In this document: in pieces, positions 29,669 through 44,713 of the stretch
Position numbering within the stretch: the first letter of the stretch is position 1
How the letters are laid out: every line of letters starts with the position of its first letter
Assembly: GCA_002189035.1 (NCBI GenBank)
Contig: NEEC01000004.1
Coordinates: 124,001 to 188,000, forward strand
DNA: 64,000 nucleotides
Origin: Utricularia gibba
Lineage: Eukaryota > Plantae > Magnoliophyta
Reading direction: 5' to 3'
Notes under the pieces: generated by a model
What the model was told of the DNA's origin: nothing
The model's database searches: none
The model's input: the letters and a program-made list of their open reading frames with translations, nothing else
Program-made: the position numbers and the translations under genes

Positions 29669-32411
29669 CTAGTCAAAATAGTTAAGAGCCTCTTTTATCC
29701 TCTGAATTGTGGAGCTTACCAGCGTGTGAACTGCTGCCACTGACTCCATATTCAGTCGCCTCCTTAGTGTACCATGGCAGACTAGTATCTGGAACGAAGC
29801 TGTCAAAAGCGACCCACTGGAGCCTCCCTCCCCTGAGCTGGTTGAGGCCCCGAACCTATTTTCACCACGACCATCACTGGAGATCACGAAACCTGATGGC
29901 AGAATTGGCACTCTCATCGTATCCTCCCATTAACAACTGAGACCACTGCTTCTAGACTTAATGGTGCATAGGTAATCAGTGCCCCTTGATTACTGATGCT
30001 GCTTTCTTGCAGCATCAAGATGTTAATCTCTCTAGGAACAAAAGGCTGCCTCCATGTATAAATCTTAGGTTAGTGACCTTGTATTAGAAGGTGAAAATTT
30101 AACTGTGTGAAAAGTGATGAGTGTGACCTGAAGAATGGAGACACAGTTCCCAGGATGTGCTCCAGTAGGTATTTCTGCAACTAAACTCACAGGGTTCCCA
30201 CCTGCCAGTATGTCCCACTGCCACAGATTTCAGACAAAAGGATTATTTTTCAATGCAGGGGCGTGAAGGAAAAAAAAAAATAGTTACTTTTTTACCATGT
30301 ACCTTAGCTCTTGCTTTCTTATCATTGAAGAAGTGAACAAATCCTCCATGGAAAAGGGAAGCCAGAAGGAGCTAGAAGCAGAAACCATGAAGCCTTGAGG
30401 TTGCCCAGGTCCGCTTCTCTGAAGAGATAATCTAACCCCACTGTTTCTAAATTCTGAAAGTTGTTGAAATTCATCTTTATCTGGTGTGCTCAGGATTTCA
30501 CAGAAGTTCTTCACCATTCGGTGGGACAGCTGCATCAAGTTTCTACATCCTTCAATCGATCCGATCACTGAATCAAGGTACAAGATGACACTCTTCTTAG
30601 CACAGTATCAAAATTATTCTAAGACAGAGTTGAATGAATACATGCCTCCTCCAACGTCTGTGTTAGTCAGTGCCATTGAAAATGCAAGTCTCTCACACAT
30701 CATGTGTAGTGTAGTTATCCATCTTCTAGCTCCATATGCTTGACCACCAAACACTAGATCTCTATACAGACGGTCAGTCGAGAGTTTGTCGTCCACTTGA
30801 ACATGCTCGATCCATGTAACCTGAAATGACCATGATCATCTTCTGTATTACTTATCTCCACGCATCAGTATTATTCTCACCTTTGATTTTCCATTTGATA
30901 AATCTTCAATCAGAAGCCCCGAAGGAAGCTTCCAAGATCGACCAGAAGCAGCATCATTGGCCCCTTTTACAAAGTCATATGATGCATTCACCATGACCCA
31001 TGTGTTTGGTTTCAGCTGTTGGCAATACCGAATGATGAAGAATTCTCGAGGAGCCACAAGTGGAGACAAGATGTGCGTCTTCTCGTACACCTTTTAGTTC
31101 ACAGGTTAGTTTCTTCAACTCGACATTAAAGCATGAATTCCGAAAACTTACCATTTGTAAAACCCCACCCACGCTTCCAGTATCAACCACATCCACACAC
31201 TCTGCTTTCGTAACAATGGTAGCAAACATATCTTTCCATTTGTTCTGCATGCCACAGGTTAGAAAAATCAGTGTGAAAAATGATAGATAAATCTGTACAC
31301 TCTAGGCTTCATACCACATCAAGAAGAATTTCAACCAAATGTGCTGCACTCATATCCACCTCTCCGGAATCTTTTGAGGATTCCGAACGGGCGCTGGAGC
31401 TTCTAAAATGATTTGGTTTTGGGAAAAGCTTATCATAACTATCCCTATGTAGTGTTTGTCTCCCATCTTCCCTAGCTTTTATCCACACTGGCTCATTTAC
31501 ATGTAAGAGCTTGATGAGTTCATTCATGGCGCCGATGGCTCTCTCAATAACGATGGAAGTCCCTGGATGCTGATGGATCATGTATTTCCCCATCACTTCT
31601 GTGGGAAATTCCTGTCCTTGCCCCAGAATACTTGCTGGAATGTCGACTCCAGGAAGCATATTTGGATTTCCCATTTGATTCGAAATGAAGCTAACTGCTC
31701 TTTCATGCTGGAAATCATGCATAGATTCAGTCAGTTTTTGCTTGTTTTTGTATAAATTTTCATGTAAGTAGTTTTTATAAACAGTACCTCTTCTTTAAGC
31801 CTTGCATTCTCTGATCTCAGCGTTTTCAGATTATGGCTTCTCTCCTTATCACCTATGCCTGGACCATTACAAACTGGACAAGAGATGTTTCTAAGTGAAT
31901 GCTGAAGTGTAAGGTTCTCACAACGGATTCTTTCATTTTCTTCCCTGAGGGAATCATTGTCTGCTTTCTCATTCTGAGCCTGAAATGAAACAGTTGGAAG
32001 CATGAGCATCACTGCTTAGAAGCCAGCAGCAGCAGCAGCAGCAGCAGCATCGGTGGTAAGTGCTGTGCATCAAGAACAGAACCTTCATGTGCGTTCTTTT
32101 GTTTTGAAACCAGAACTTTATCTGTTTAGTGTCGAGGCCGAGCTCCCTGCTTAACTGTTGCCTTCTGTTCCTATCAGGGTGGGGGCATTCCTTGTAGAAA
32201 CTGCATCAAAACCACAATCTTTGTTAGAAATGCACAGAAACCAGGCTCGTCTGAAATGTAAGCTCAACAGTAGTGTTGATTACTCTTCAAGCCTCTGAAC
32301 CTGCTGAGCAGAATGCCGATGATACTGCTTCTTGACCCGTTTTGAGCTCGAAGAACTTCCTTCTTCACCCGAACCATTTCCCTCATTGGATACACCCATC
32401 TCCTTCTGCAT
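29669..32411 (-). CDS. HD-ZIP class IV transcription factor (HDG8/9/10- or ROC8-like): homeobox, ZLZ, START, SAD; apparent -1 frameshift at about 30335
   Basis: [22 protein letters not shown]...[28 protein letters not shown]...[61 protein letters not shown]. The start codon is approximate (32411 or 32399). Confidence 0.92.
32024..32049. repeat. (CAG)8 microsatellite in an HD-ZIP IV intron
   Basis: Direct reading of the sequence. Confidence 0.85.
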
Positions 32412-33853
32412 CCAGGATCCGCAACCGTATATGGTGTGAAAACTTTGAATCGTGGGACCAAGAGCATGGATGCACCAGTGCATGGCGCCCAATATATAGA
32501 AGGACAAAAAATAAAGAAGATCCAGAGCCATTATGTAAGTTCCTTATTTGCTAAAGCAGTGGATTTTGCTGACAAAAATGGACACAATACAGAAAATAGA
32601 AAAGCTCTTAATTTACATATTTTCTTCATTCATTTTATGTGTTGCTGAATTTGGTTTACTTGATAAAAACACCAAACTCATTCACACCCTGCCGATCAGT
32701 CTGCGCGCTCTATTGGGTCGGGAAGTGGATCCTTGTAATTGGGCTTGGGCATAACATTTAGCCCATCGCTTCATGAACAGTTACATTTTTGGGACTTTTA
32801 TGTACTTATTTTGTTTCCTAGCGACTCCATAATGCGCGCATTTAATGTCGCCCCACATGTCATCTCTAACACATCAATATCTCATTTTGATTGGATTTGA
32901 AACCGTCAATGCTTCAATTATTGATATTTTGATAAATTACATTCTTGCCCACCTCTCGAACATGGAAGGTTCGGATATTTTAACTTATAATTGCTTTAGA
33001 GAAAAAGTTGTTGTCACATGCGAAGCATAAAATTTTATAATTGAATTTATTTTAAAAAAATATACATATACAATATGATATTTTTCAAGTTGTGAGACTA
33101 GCGATAGTGATCTGAGACATAAGTTTGTATTCTATTATAACTCATGTATTAAATCTTTGATTTTAATATAGATGAATCTCAAATGCTGTTATGAATTTTG
33201 ACTAAAAAACAAGAAGATATTGAATTTATGTTATAAAAGTTAAATTAATTTATAATTCCAATATTGTTTACAATATAAAAAATACAAGTCTTAATAAAAT
33301 CAAAATCAGTTTGACTTAAAAACGGGTATTAGAACAAATAATCTAATATCAAAAAATTAAAATGATATTATAAAGTATTTAATGTATTATAAATAACTAG
33401 TAATAAATTTGATCTAATATTTAATAATATCATCTACCTTTTTTATGAATGTTAGCTTTACACATATTTATCAAATTTATCAAATCCTTAATTTCAATAT
33501 ATATTGCATAAATTATCTGAAAAATTCAATTCTAACATTTCAGGTTGGCATGTAGACGGGGTTAGACGAGGCATAGGTAGTCTTTCTTGATCCCAACATT
33601 GTCTGAATGAATGCTCCCGTGTCAAAGGAATGAATGATAATTATTAGGAAAGCAAGAGGTATTTCGCGTACAAAATACAGAAGCGTGTTGAATAATTCAG
33701 TCAATAGAGAGCTGCCACGTGGTTGCCTTCCCCAATATATGATCATCGAGCTCGCTTACTAGACAGCAAGCCATTCATCCATAGGCGTCGCCAGGAAGAC
33801 GCAGACATCATTTTTCTTCCTCTACTCTGATCGTTGAAAATTCTCTCGCCGCC

Positions 33854-35903
33854 ATGGTACTCTCCAAGACCGCCTCTCAATCCGACGTCTCCGTCCACTC
33901 CACCTTCGCCTCACGCTATGTCCGCGACTCTCTCCCCAGGTAACTAACCAGTCAATCCACGCCAGATCGCCGATCTTTTTTTTTCTTAGGTTTCAGAATT
34001 AGATCTTGTGCCTCTCCGTTTTTTTTTCGAAACCGATTGTTTCGTTTGTGGATCTAAAGGTTTAAGATGCCGGAGAATTCGATTCCGAAGGACGCTGCGT
34101 TTCAGATTATCAACGACGAGTTGATGCTGGACGGAAATCCGAGACTGAACTTGGCGTCGTTCGTAACGACGTGGATGGAACCGGAGTGCGATAAACTGAT
34201 AATGTCGGCAATCAACAAGAACTACGTTGATATGGACGAGTATCCTGTTACTACTGAACTTCAGGCGAGTCTATTTCTTCTCTTCGATTTCCATTCCGGA
34301 ACACCAGATCTAGTCAACAAAGCTTGTCAGTATTAGAATTAACAAATATTAACTTGATCTACGGTGTAGGATAATGTTGATTTAATCTCACGTCATATTC
34401 ATTAATAATGCTTTGAGTCCTGCTTTCGCACCATGTTTGACCTTCTGGACCACTGTGTGATCTGCCGTCTAATTAGGAAAATTAATTTAAATACAAAATT
34501 GTCTGATTTTTTTATTAATTAATCAAGCTTACATTAGTTCTGGTGATGGATGCAGAACCGGTGCGTGAACATGATCGCGCATCTCTTCAACGCGCCGCTG
34601 GGGGACGGAGAGGCGGCCGTGGGTGTCGGGACGGTGGGTTCATCAGAGGCCATCATGTTGGCTGGTTTGGCGTTCAAGAGAAAGTGGCAGAACAAGATGA
34701 AGGAACTGGGGAAGCCTTACGACAAACCCAACATCGTGACCGGCGCTAATGTTCAAGTCTGCTGGGAGAAATTCGCCCGCTATTTCGAAGTTGAGCTCAA
34801 GGAAGTCAAACTGAGAGATGGGTACTACGTGATGGACCCGGAAAAGGCCGTGGAATTGGTTGACGAGAACACAATCTGTGTTGCCGCTATCTTGGGCTCC
34901 ACTCTCAACGGCGAGTTCGAGGATGTGAAGCTTTTGAACGACCTCTTGGTTGAGAAGAATAAGAAGACGGGGTGGGACACGCCTATTCATGTGGATGCGG
35001 CGAGTGGCGGATTCATCGCCCCCTTTCTTTACCCTGAATTGGAATGGGATTTTAGATTGCCGCTGGTGAGGAGCATCAACGTCAGTGGCCACAAGTATGG
35101 TCTTGTCTACGCGGGCATTGGTTGGGCTATCTGGAGAAGCAAAGCTGATTTACCTGATGAACTCATCTTTCATATCAACTATCTCGGCGCTGATCAGCCC
35201 ACTTTCACTCTTAACTTCTCCAAAGGTATGCGAATTCGAATCTGAACCCGACCCCAACTCGAATCTGAACAACTTCTCCCTTCTAATTTGCAGGGTCGAG
35301 CCAAGTCATTGCTCAATATTATCAGCTCATTCGCCTGGGTCACGAGGTAACATAAAACTTGTTACACGGCAGTTTCTGAATGGCATTTATGTTTTACATG
35401 TCGTGGGAAAATATTTGCAGGGATATCGTAATGTGATGGAGAATTGCCAAGAAAACGCCTTGATACTACGAGAAGGCTTGGAGAAAACCGGGCGCTTCAA
35501 CATAGTTTCCAAGGACAACGGTGTTCCTTTGGTGGCATTTAGCCTCAAGGACCACACCCGCCACAATGAGTTTGAAATATCCGACATGTTGCGCCGCTTC
35601 GGCTGGATTGTTCCGGCATACACCATGCCGCCGGATGCTGAGCATGTCACTGTCCTGCGTGTTGTGATCCGCGAAGACTTCTCCAGGACCCTAGCTGAGA
35701 GGCTGGTGATTGACATTGAGAAGGTTCTCCACGAGCTGGATACTCTCCCATCCAGGGTGACCGAGAAGCTCACCGGTGGCAACCCTGTGGGGTTACCCCC
35801 TCCTGCCGTCGTTAAGAAAACCACTGAGGATGTGCAGAGGGAAATTACAGCAGCTTGGAGGAAACTTGTTGCGGACAGGAAGAAGCAGGTTGGTGTGTGC
35901 TAG
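33854..35903 (+). CDS. GAD: Glutamate decarboxylase with C-terminal calmodulin-binding domain; 5 exons; intron 2 is GC-AG (34265-34555)
   Basis: [44 protein letters not shown]-binding [18 protein letters not shown], and CaM-binding tail [19 protein letters not shown]. Confidence 0.97.
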
Positions 35904-36215
35904 AGGAGCTTCCCTCTCATTATTCCAAGTCTATCAAACCTGCTATGCGTATGGTGTCCGCTTTCTGTATCGGTGGTGCTTATTCTGCTTGCCTTCCCTC
36001 GGCAAGTGACTGAAACTTGAGTTACTTTTCCCATCTTCAGTAAGAGGCTTAAAAAAAAAAGAGAGAGAGCAACCTACGAGCATAGGTATGTAATTCTTAC
36101 ACAGATGCATTTGTTCTCACAAATAGCGACACAGAGTTGAACCACAGGTCCAGAAAGAGTCTGAAGAAATACAAGCCAAACTGAATGACAGGGAAGAACC
36201 TTATTTCAAGGTTGT

Positions 36216-38218
36216 CTACCTCCAACTGGAGCCACCGAGCCTAATGACCTCTTCGGTGCCACTTGGCCTGGAGGAGACCTTGTCTTCATCCTCCTTCTGA
36301 TTGCTCAAATCACCATATAGATCCTTAAGCTTCGCCAGATTGCTTGATGTCCTCTCCTTTGTTGCGTTTCTCGAAGGACTTGACCGACTCTGATCAAGTT
36401 CACTCCTTCCATAGGCACTTCGGCTCCGGCTACGACTCCGGCTCCTGCTCCGCCTGTGACCACGGTGTCGCTCATCACGGTCACTCCTACCAGCATCCCG
36501 TTTGTGGTGGTCTCGGGGCCCCTATCGTATTCAGACCTCCTATCTCTATCTCTGTCGTTGTCCCTGTCCCTGTACCTATCATGGTCCCTGTCTCGATCGC
36601 GATCACTCCTCCCCCGATCCCTATCTGACGTGTCATGGCTTTGGCTCCGCTTCCGAGCAGGAGAGCGCTTAGAATCATCATCTCGATCGTATGATGGAGT
36701 GGCAGTGCGGCGCACAGGAGATGAATCTCTTGTAGAGGCACGATGGGGAGCACGCTGACCGAAGGACACTGAGAGGGAAGCCTTGACAGAAGGCGGCCTC
36801 CTTGCAGTCTCTTCAGACCCGCGGGTGGTTTCACCGGTAACACCACAGTGTTTTGTCGGCAGCTTCATATTTCCAAGATTGGCTACAACAGTCCGCATTA
36901 CAGGGACAGGGATGCGAGGGAACAAGGTGTCAAAGTAATACTGCAAGTGTTAAAAAAGTCCTTCAGAACCAACTATAAAAGAATAAAGTAGGAGAGAAAA
37001 TGCTAACCTGTCCAAGAAGCAAATCGCGCACATACACACCCATTGTAGTCATTCTACCATTGGAACCAGGTGAGAATTCCTGAAATACATTGTGATGGTT
37101 CATGAAATATGATTAAACTTGGATATGTATACCAGCCGACTTCAAGGAAAAAGTTCTATAAATAAAAAGAAAGAAAGCAATCGCCATGGAAAAATTATTT
37201 AGAAAATTACAGAAGATTATTCCTGAGTGAACAAGAACTTCAGATCGACTCCAAGACCCCCCGCACCTAATCACTGACTACCAGTAAAACAAGGACGAAA
37301 ATGAGACACGAAGACTGAACTTTGAGTGAAAAAACCTAAGTACAGAGATATTTCCCAAAACAATGTTTGCCACACAAGCATTTTCACCTGCACAGGAACC
37401 GTGCCGATGCACCACTGAAGAACTCTAAAAACCTTCCACCCTGAGACATGGGGAATTAGAAACACAAAATGGAAGCACAAAAACTGCTGAACGCTGACAC
37501 GAACTCATGGCCAAGAGTATGCGAGTGTATGACAGCAAGTGCAAATACAATATTACAAGAACAAGGCTGCTACTTATTAGATAACATTTTGAGAACAATT
37601 TGCGCCATCAGTCAGCCAAATGGATAACAAATGTCTTTCCCTACCTCATCATCCTTCAGGTACGGTTCATACCAACTCCATAATGTCTTTGGCTCTGCAA
37701 CATACCTAAGATAAAGAAACCCAATCTACAAGGGAAATGACCGAATGAGAATTTTTACCATTACGAGTGACAATCCAACACCAAATTAACTAAGTGCAGC
37801 AAATGATAGAGATATATTCCTATATGAAATTTCCAGTTTCAGGCAAGTTTGGTTGGAAAGTTATCCTACAACAGGAACTCATCACCGAACAATGAAAGAT
37901 ATAGTATCAGAAGAATAATGTACTCACTGCTCTGATATAAGGCGAATCAGGATGCTTCAACAAGCCATGCATCTGTTTCACTGTGAGCTTCATCGTGAAG
38001 AATTTGTACAAAAGGCAAAATGCAGTTGATGGTCCTCTGCAATTGCCAGTCATCCATGGCTCAACATGAGTTACCGTCACATAGATCTCATCTATCACTT
38101 CATGATAAGTTTTTAGTCTCAAAAGGTCTCGAAAGTAATCAGAAGATAGTATATTCATGCAAAGGACCTTCTCCAACAGCTGATCAATTGGCCTGTCCGT
38201 TGACTTTATCTCAGCCAT
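36216..38218 (-). CDS. SRL1: Pre-mRNA splicing factor PRP38 family with RD/RS tail (SRL1-like); 4 coding exons; apparent -1 frameshift at about 36515-36522
   Basis: LKTYHEVIDEIY..V.HVEPWM.GNCRGPSTAFCLLYKFFTMKLTVKQM, GFLYLRY, YYFDTLFPRIPVPV. One added base restores RSRSRSRS...NLAKLKDLYGD...EEVIRLGGSSWR*. Confidence 0.92.
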
Positions 38219-39504
38219 ATTGAATAACCCAGTACCTACAACGACACCAAACGGCACCAGAATCAGGAAAAAGATTTGGTGTAATGAAACTCCAGCTAAA
38301 TCAGATTCAGATGAGTGCTTCATGATCCATCAAACTCTCCAAACTGAATAGAAAACTAGAACTCGCAAAATATCACACAGATTGATCTAAATGTAAAAAA
38401 GGTCGAAAATTTGACTCTTTTGGTGAAAAACGTACAAAGAACGATACGGCACCAGAATTGAAAAAAATAAAAATAGAAACAGCTGAAAAAACATGATCTT
38501 CCCACGGCATACCAACAAAAAATGAAGAATCCAAGAAAGAACACACGTGCCCCAATTCTTGCCAATAACCCAAAATCGCACGTCACCTGAATAGGGTTCG
38601 GAGAAAACGGCAAAATCTCAAAAAAAATCAGGTTCGCGAAGAATCCAAGTCAAAAGACGAATCTCTGAAAAACCTTTATCGTCTGAATCAATGGATTTAA
38701 GTGCCGGAGAGAAGACCCGCGAGCTTCACTTCAAACCCTATCTCGACAAACACACTAACCGCGAGTAATTTTCCTTGGGATTTCAACATGTATCTTACCT
38801 TTTAGACGGGAAATTGGGGTTGGGCCCATTTGTTTGTAGGCTACAGTACACATTGCATGAGGCCCAACTTGAAACCAAACTGGGCTTCTCCAGAGTGGCC
38901 CTTCGTGTAGCAACGCATTCTTTGATACATATTAACTTATCAATTAGATGCATTTAGTAATCTCATTATATCATTTTTTATTTCAAAAAAATTCTTCCTC
39001 CAATTATTTATCGATATTTAAATTATATTATATATAAATTTAATTATAAAACTTTATATCAAATAGTAATAAATAATTATTCATTAAAAATATTAATATT
39101 CTTTTTAAAAATGTAAATTAATCATAACTATATTTACTACCAAATAAACTAAAACATTCTGAAATAAATGGTTAACTTTTTAGTTATTAAAAATTCCCAT
39201 GTGAGATATCCGGTCCATGTTTTAAAACCCGTTTTGGATCGACCAGGACACTCGGGCCGCCCGATGCCCAGAAAATTGATTGTAGGAGTAAAAGAGTAGA
39301 CACGTAACTAAAAAGAAAATGATCACGATGATGATGATGATCTTATGAATGGCTGTTCCCAGCAAGGAAATGTACTCAACTTTGATACAAAGAGGGAAAG
39401 ATCAAATGTCCAGGCAAGCTAGATTATTTCTACAGGTATGTCTGGTGATTTCTCTTTGACCGGAAAACCTGGACATTTGATATTTCTCTTCCATACTTGG
39501 CCTT

Positions 39505-41892
39505 TTACGCCTCGATCCTAGGAGATGATTCGCCCCTAATCAGAACTGGACTTCGCAGGTCCCTTTTGACGGTGTTTTCCTGCAGCAGGAGGGAATGTGG
39601 TAATGGGAAAACCTGTTTCTGGGATGTGAAAAAACGGCTGGTATTTTACCTTACAAGATGATGATCAGGAGATGCTGAGAAGGAAGATGATCCCATCGGG
39701 CCGGCTGGTTCACCCGCATTCATTTGCAGCCACGAGTCTCGGCTACTGAAAGCAATGGAAGCAAGTGTTTGGTTCAGTGTTTGCTAACTTGCCATTCCAT
39801 CACCTGGCACAAGTAGCCAGATGAAGCTGGCGACTTAGTGCCACTAAGTCAGCTCATAAACTTGGATGAGTATTTCATAACGTGTTATAAACTCAGTTCA
39901 CATAGTTTTTCGGAGATCCAAATGATTTTAGAACAGCTCATTATCACAGAGGAGGAAAAGTAAAAGCTGATGGAAAGGAACAGACACCAGCGTACACACC
40001 ATAGAGAAAACAGACTAATCAAGTTGATAGTCTCTAACCTCGAAGAGTTGCTCCAAAGTGTTGCATTCGTGGATGGGTGATTGGTATCTGCCTCTTGTTG
40101 CTGATGATTTCTCCGATCGTTAAACTGCCGGTTTCTGATGGGGCGCTCGCCGCCACTGCCAACGGTAGAGAGATCATCCTCACCGGATCCATCAGAATAC
40201 CCTTCAAGTCAAAAAAAAATTAAAAAGTATCATCAATACACACCGAGAAAAGCCAAGTTATTGTACAAATTTCACCTATCACCAACCTTTTTTCTACCAA
40301 GAATAACTTAAACTTAACTAAACTTTCCCAATAACACCCGAATTCAGCAAAGTTTCGAAATCCTAAACCCTATCAGAGCTGGGTCTGGAGGATTCAGTGT
40401 AAAAAAGTTATCCAAGTAAGTTAAATTGCTTACAACATGATTAATAATCATAGATATAACGCATATTAATGATTCAGCTAACCCATTTATTAAACTTAGT
40501 CCACATAATATAATAATGTACGACAAGAAAATTCAAAGAAGAAACCTGAGGTAGGCGGAGGCTTGTCAGTGGTTTTAACAGTTCGATACATCTGCATGGG
40601 GATGACACACAGAAGAGGAATTAATTAAAAGAAGAAAATCAGGTAAAATGAAGGAAAAGGGAAAGTTGGATTAGTGAATTGAATTGTGATGGTTTTGTCT
40701 GTTTCCTGCAGAAGTTTAGGAATTGTGTCTGGGGATTGACAAGAATGATGTAGTAATGAGGTGTAATGCATTATTGAGAAATGATGACTCCTCCTGCAGC
40801 ATGTCTCCCTCTTTTTCCTTTTTTTTGGTGAATTGTAATTGTGTTCTCTTTTCCCAATGCTACTTCTTCTTCTTCCCTTCAGCCCATTCCTTCTTTAATT
40901 GAAGTCATCGGCGACTGTGCCGGAGAAAATCAGATGGAGACGACGTCGTCTCCACCCACGGGATACAGAGACAGAATGTGAAGTTGATTACCTGCAGATG
41001 GCTCTTAACATGAGCGAGCGTGAGATCTTTTACATCCATGAGCTCCAGAACTGATTTCGGGGTCGCCCCTTTGAGAAAACAAACAAAGCTGTGTCATTAA
41101 AAAAATCCAAGAAAGGACAAGAAGGATTTGGGGTATAGAAGGAATGTTTTTACTTTCATGGCCGCCGAGAAGCTCGACTGCATGAACAAAGCGGGCGTGG
41201 AGGCTACTTGTCCACCTCATTCTCGGTGCTCTCATGCTCCGTTTCGGGGGAGTTTTGGGTAAAAACCGCGATCTCATATGATCATGGGGCTGTAGTGGAA
41301 TTGGGATGATGCCGGAAAAACCGCTTTGATATCCTGCGGCGAACCTCGAAGAGGCGGGGCCACCGTGGTAGTAAGGAGGAGGAGAAGCATTTGGCCGGAC
41401 GAGCATTGGATTCTCGGAAGCTCCTCCGCCTCCTCCTCCGGCGGCGAAGTATGGGTGAGTTGAAGGTGCAGAAGAAGAAGAAAACATTGGGTAAAAGCGC
41501 ATCTTGTTTGCACCCTCTTTCTGGTGGTCCAGAGGAGATAGAAACGAGAGCGGCCCCCGCTTCGACGAACCGCCATAAACCGGTATACCCTTAATCGGCA
41601 ACGGCGGAGGTGGACAAGAAGAAGAGGAATCAAAATCCCCATGGCGGTGTTGCTGGAGCTGAAGTTGACTTGAAGGGCGAAAAGGGTTTTGTTGTTTCAA
41701 GGTATTGGAAGCAAGGGAAAGCTCCGTCAGGGCGGCGCCGCCGTGGGATACATCGAAAACGGATTTATTGTGGGTTCTGGAGGGGGAAGAGGTGGCATCA
41801 CAGTTGGGAGGGCGAATTTGAAGGGAAAGATCAGGGATTTGACTTGAAGCAGAAGAAGAACATGGCTCTAAGAAAATCCCATCCATCGGCAT
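39505..41892 (-). CDS. KAN1: KANADI-type GARP/G2-like transcription repressor; last exon and stop uncertain
   Basis: MPMDGIFLEP...PDLSLQI, PIKGIPVY, RSMRAPRMRWTSSLHARFVHAVELLGGHE|RATPKSVLELMDVKDLTLAHVKSHLQ|MYRTVKTTDK and LWSNSS motifs. Confidence 0.9.
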
Positions 41893-42263
41893 TTTTGCGA
41901 TTTCTTTCTTCCTCCCTTCACTCACTCAAAGATCTCTTTTGTACATAAAAGACAGCTTTTTGTGTCTGCAGATTTCGAAAACACAGTAACTCAAAACTCT
42001 AATTAAATACGCAGTAAATCACACCAAAGCTTGACCAGAAAACACTAGAAGAAGGAAGAAATCCCAGGCAGAACCCCAAAACACAAAACCTTCATAAAGA
42101 AACCCTTGAAAAAACAACCCCTCAATCTCCTCCAAACACAGTTAACAATTCAACTCCGGAAACGAACAGAGATGAAGATGATGAAACTGGGTAAGAAAGT
42201 CAAAAAAAACAAAGCTGAATTTACACCCTCAAACTTGAAAAGAAGAAGGCTTGTGTTTCCAAT

Positions 42264-42287
42264 GAAGAAGAAGAAGAAGAAGAAGAA
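42264..42287. repeat. (GAA)8 microsatellite in the KANADI 5' leader region
   Basis: Direct reading of the sequence. Confidence 0.85.
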
Positions 42288-44713
42288 GGAGAAACATTTG
42301 CCGTCTGGGGAGGGAGAAGTGAAACAGAGAAGAAAAATTGGAACGGCAGGAGGGTGAAGCTGGAGGTGTAGTGTTGGGTTTAATTCCTCAAGAGTATATA
42401 TTGGACACTGACAGTAGAAAGAAGGTAGGCCTGAAAATAATAAATATAAACAAACTACTACTTTTACTATTATTATTATTTGGTATACACAAAAAATAAA
42501 TAACACAATTTCCCCTTTTTCCCTTTTCTTTGATTTTCATCTTCCCCGGGGGCACGACACACAGCACACCGTACAAACTTACCACAGAATCGCATAAAAG
42601 AAGTGGTTAGGAGAAGAAAACTACTAGTGATTCAACTCCCCACAATTTTCTACGCGGAATATGTTTCCTCTGGGGTGAATAAACCACACTCAATGCTACT
42701 GGTAAAATAGTCTTACCTTTACCGGGGTGAGTTATGGAGGTTTGACAATGCAAAACAAGCAAGTTCGGGTTAACCCCAAGTGGTAAATAACGAGGGATTT
42801 AAAATGTAAGAGGGAAGACATTAATCTTGTTGAAAATGCTTCTGTTTGCGTCTACTTTGATTAAAAAAAGTATATATTTGGAGGGTAGAGGAGCTAGGTT
42901 TTGGAAAGAGAGCAAGGATGGAGCAGCAGAAGTGGGATCTGGAATGGACCCAGATTCTGAAAACAACCAAGGGACAGAGAATTATCTTAAGTCTAGGATT
43001 AGGCAAATTAATCTGAGATTAATTGTAATACATATAATAGAATAAGTATATGTGTGTGCAACTAGAGCTTTTACTTTCTCTCAGGAATGAACCTAAACAA
43101 ACGATTGTATAATGGGGTAGGGGGAATCATAGGAGAGTTGATTCTTCCTCCGGTTAGGGTAGAGAAATCGATTACGTACCCGGTATTCCTCTCAAACATC
43201 TTGGCATATGAACAGGATTTACACACACATCAGAAAAACCTGTTCGAGTATGCCTCACTATGGTTATAGGATTCGTGTAGCAGAAGAAGATGCTGATTCT
43301 TGTTTCCCAGTTCCTATCGATATTCCCTTCTTCTACTGATGCATTCATTGTCGATTTTACATGATTTAAGAGAGCATCTTAGCAAATGTGTTGTTGTTTT
43401 TCTTTTGTAGATCAGATGCGTGGGTTGTCAGGGAGGGTACATGGGGTGGATGGCTACGAGGCATCTAGTCTTTGAAAGCTTGTACTACACCTTTTTTTAA
43501 GGAGTTAGGTTTGCATTTTCCTCACGTAATTTGAACACTTTCCGTTTTCTATCAAGAATCAATGGAGTTCATTCCAAGAGGTTTCATCTTTTGAGAGAAT
43601 ATTGCTCAAAGAATGTGTACGGGAAAGGAGTGGAAGAAGGAATGGCTCTACAGGGCTATTCACTGATACAGAAAAAGCCTCCAATTCCACATTCTACACC
43701 TCCATCCAACCCCAACCTTCACCAATTACTTCTCTTAATGAGAAATTTATTCACCACTGGTTTTGGAAAATTCCATTTGGTACTCAACTTTGTTTGATTT
43801 TCAAGAAACTTATGCTTTGACACATTGCTTTCAAGGAGCCCGAGCTCGATCCATCCACACATTAGACAAGTGATGGAACACAAGACCTTTATTAGAGGGG
43901 GCCATTTTATCTTTCTTTTTTTGAGTTATTGAACAAAAAATTAGATCAAGGGAACCATAGTCCATTTTGATCTACTAATATGATGATTTGGACCCCATTC
44001 GGGTCGGACGGGGCGTGACGAATGTATAGTGTATGATGCATGATAGGGATTTTTTCTTGGTCGAAAAATATATGCATGCATGTGTATACAATATGGATAC
44101 TGAGTATTTATTTTTGACGGGAGGCAACACTTGGGGGAATTAAATAAGAAAAAGGAAAAATACAAAAAAAAAACATTTTTTTAGTACGTGGGGTCAATTC
44201 GGATGTTATTGTACAAGAGATCGTGGGAAGTCTAGAAGGACAGTGGTCTTCTGATTGATTGTAAGTAACGCTTTATTGCATGAGCAACATGGCGTAAAAT
44301 ATTCCAATATTTTTAATTATTATAAACTCAATCAAATTGATGTTATTTCGTTTATTTCCAATTATCATCCCCAAATTGCCTCAAAATCCCTAACCTAGCT
44401 CCGAACCTAGGGTCTGTGATGGCATGGAGTGTTCCAATCTTGATGTCACGTTTTCGCTTCATATGAAACATCAAATAATATATATATTATTTTCTATATT
44501 TAAGTTTTGAATATAAAACATATCATATAAATTATGTATTAAATTACACATTTATGAAATAAATTATATAATAATGTTTACTTAATTATAGTATATAGTA
44601 TTATATTAATATGTACAGCATAAATGAACACTTCGTCTTATCATTCAAAGAGGGTGGTTTTTTTTTTTGCAATGGTTTTTAAAATGGGTTGAGCATCTAA
44701 ACATTAATATAAA

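Noticed and set aside
34643-35092. 149-aa antisense ORF and similar shadow ORFs (e.g. 36344-36758, 18434-18919, 35387-35824)
   Set aside because: They lie opposite well-supported exons, have no motifs, and are expected by-products of GC-rich coding sequence.
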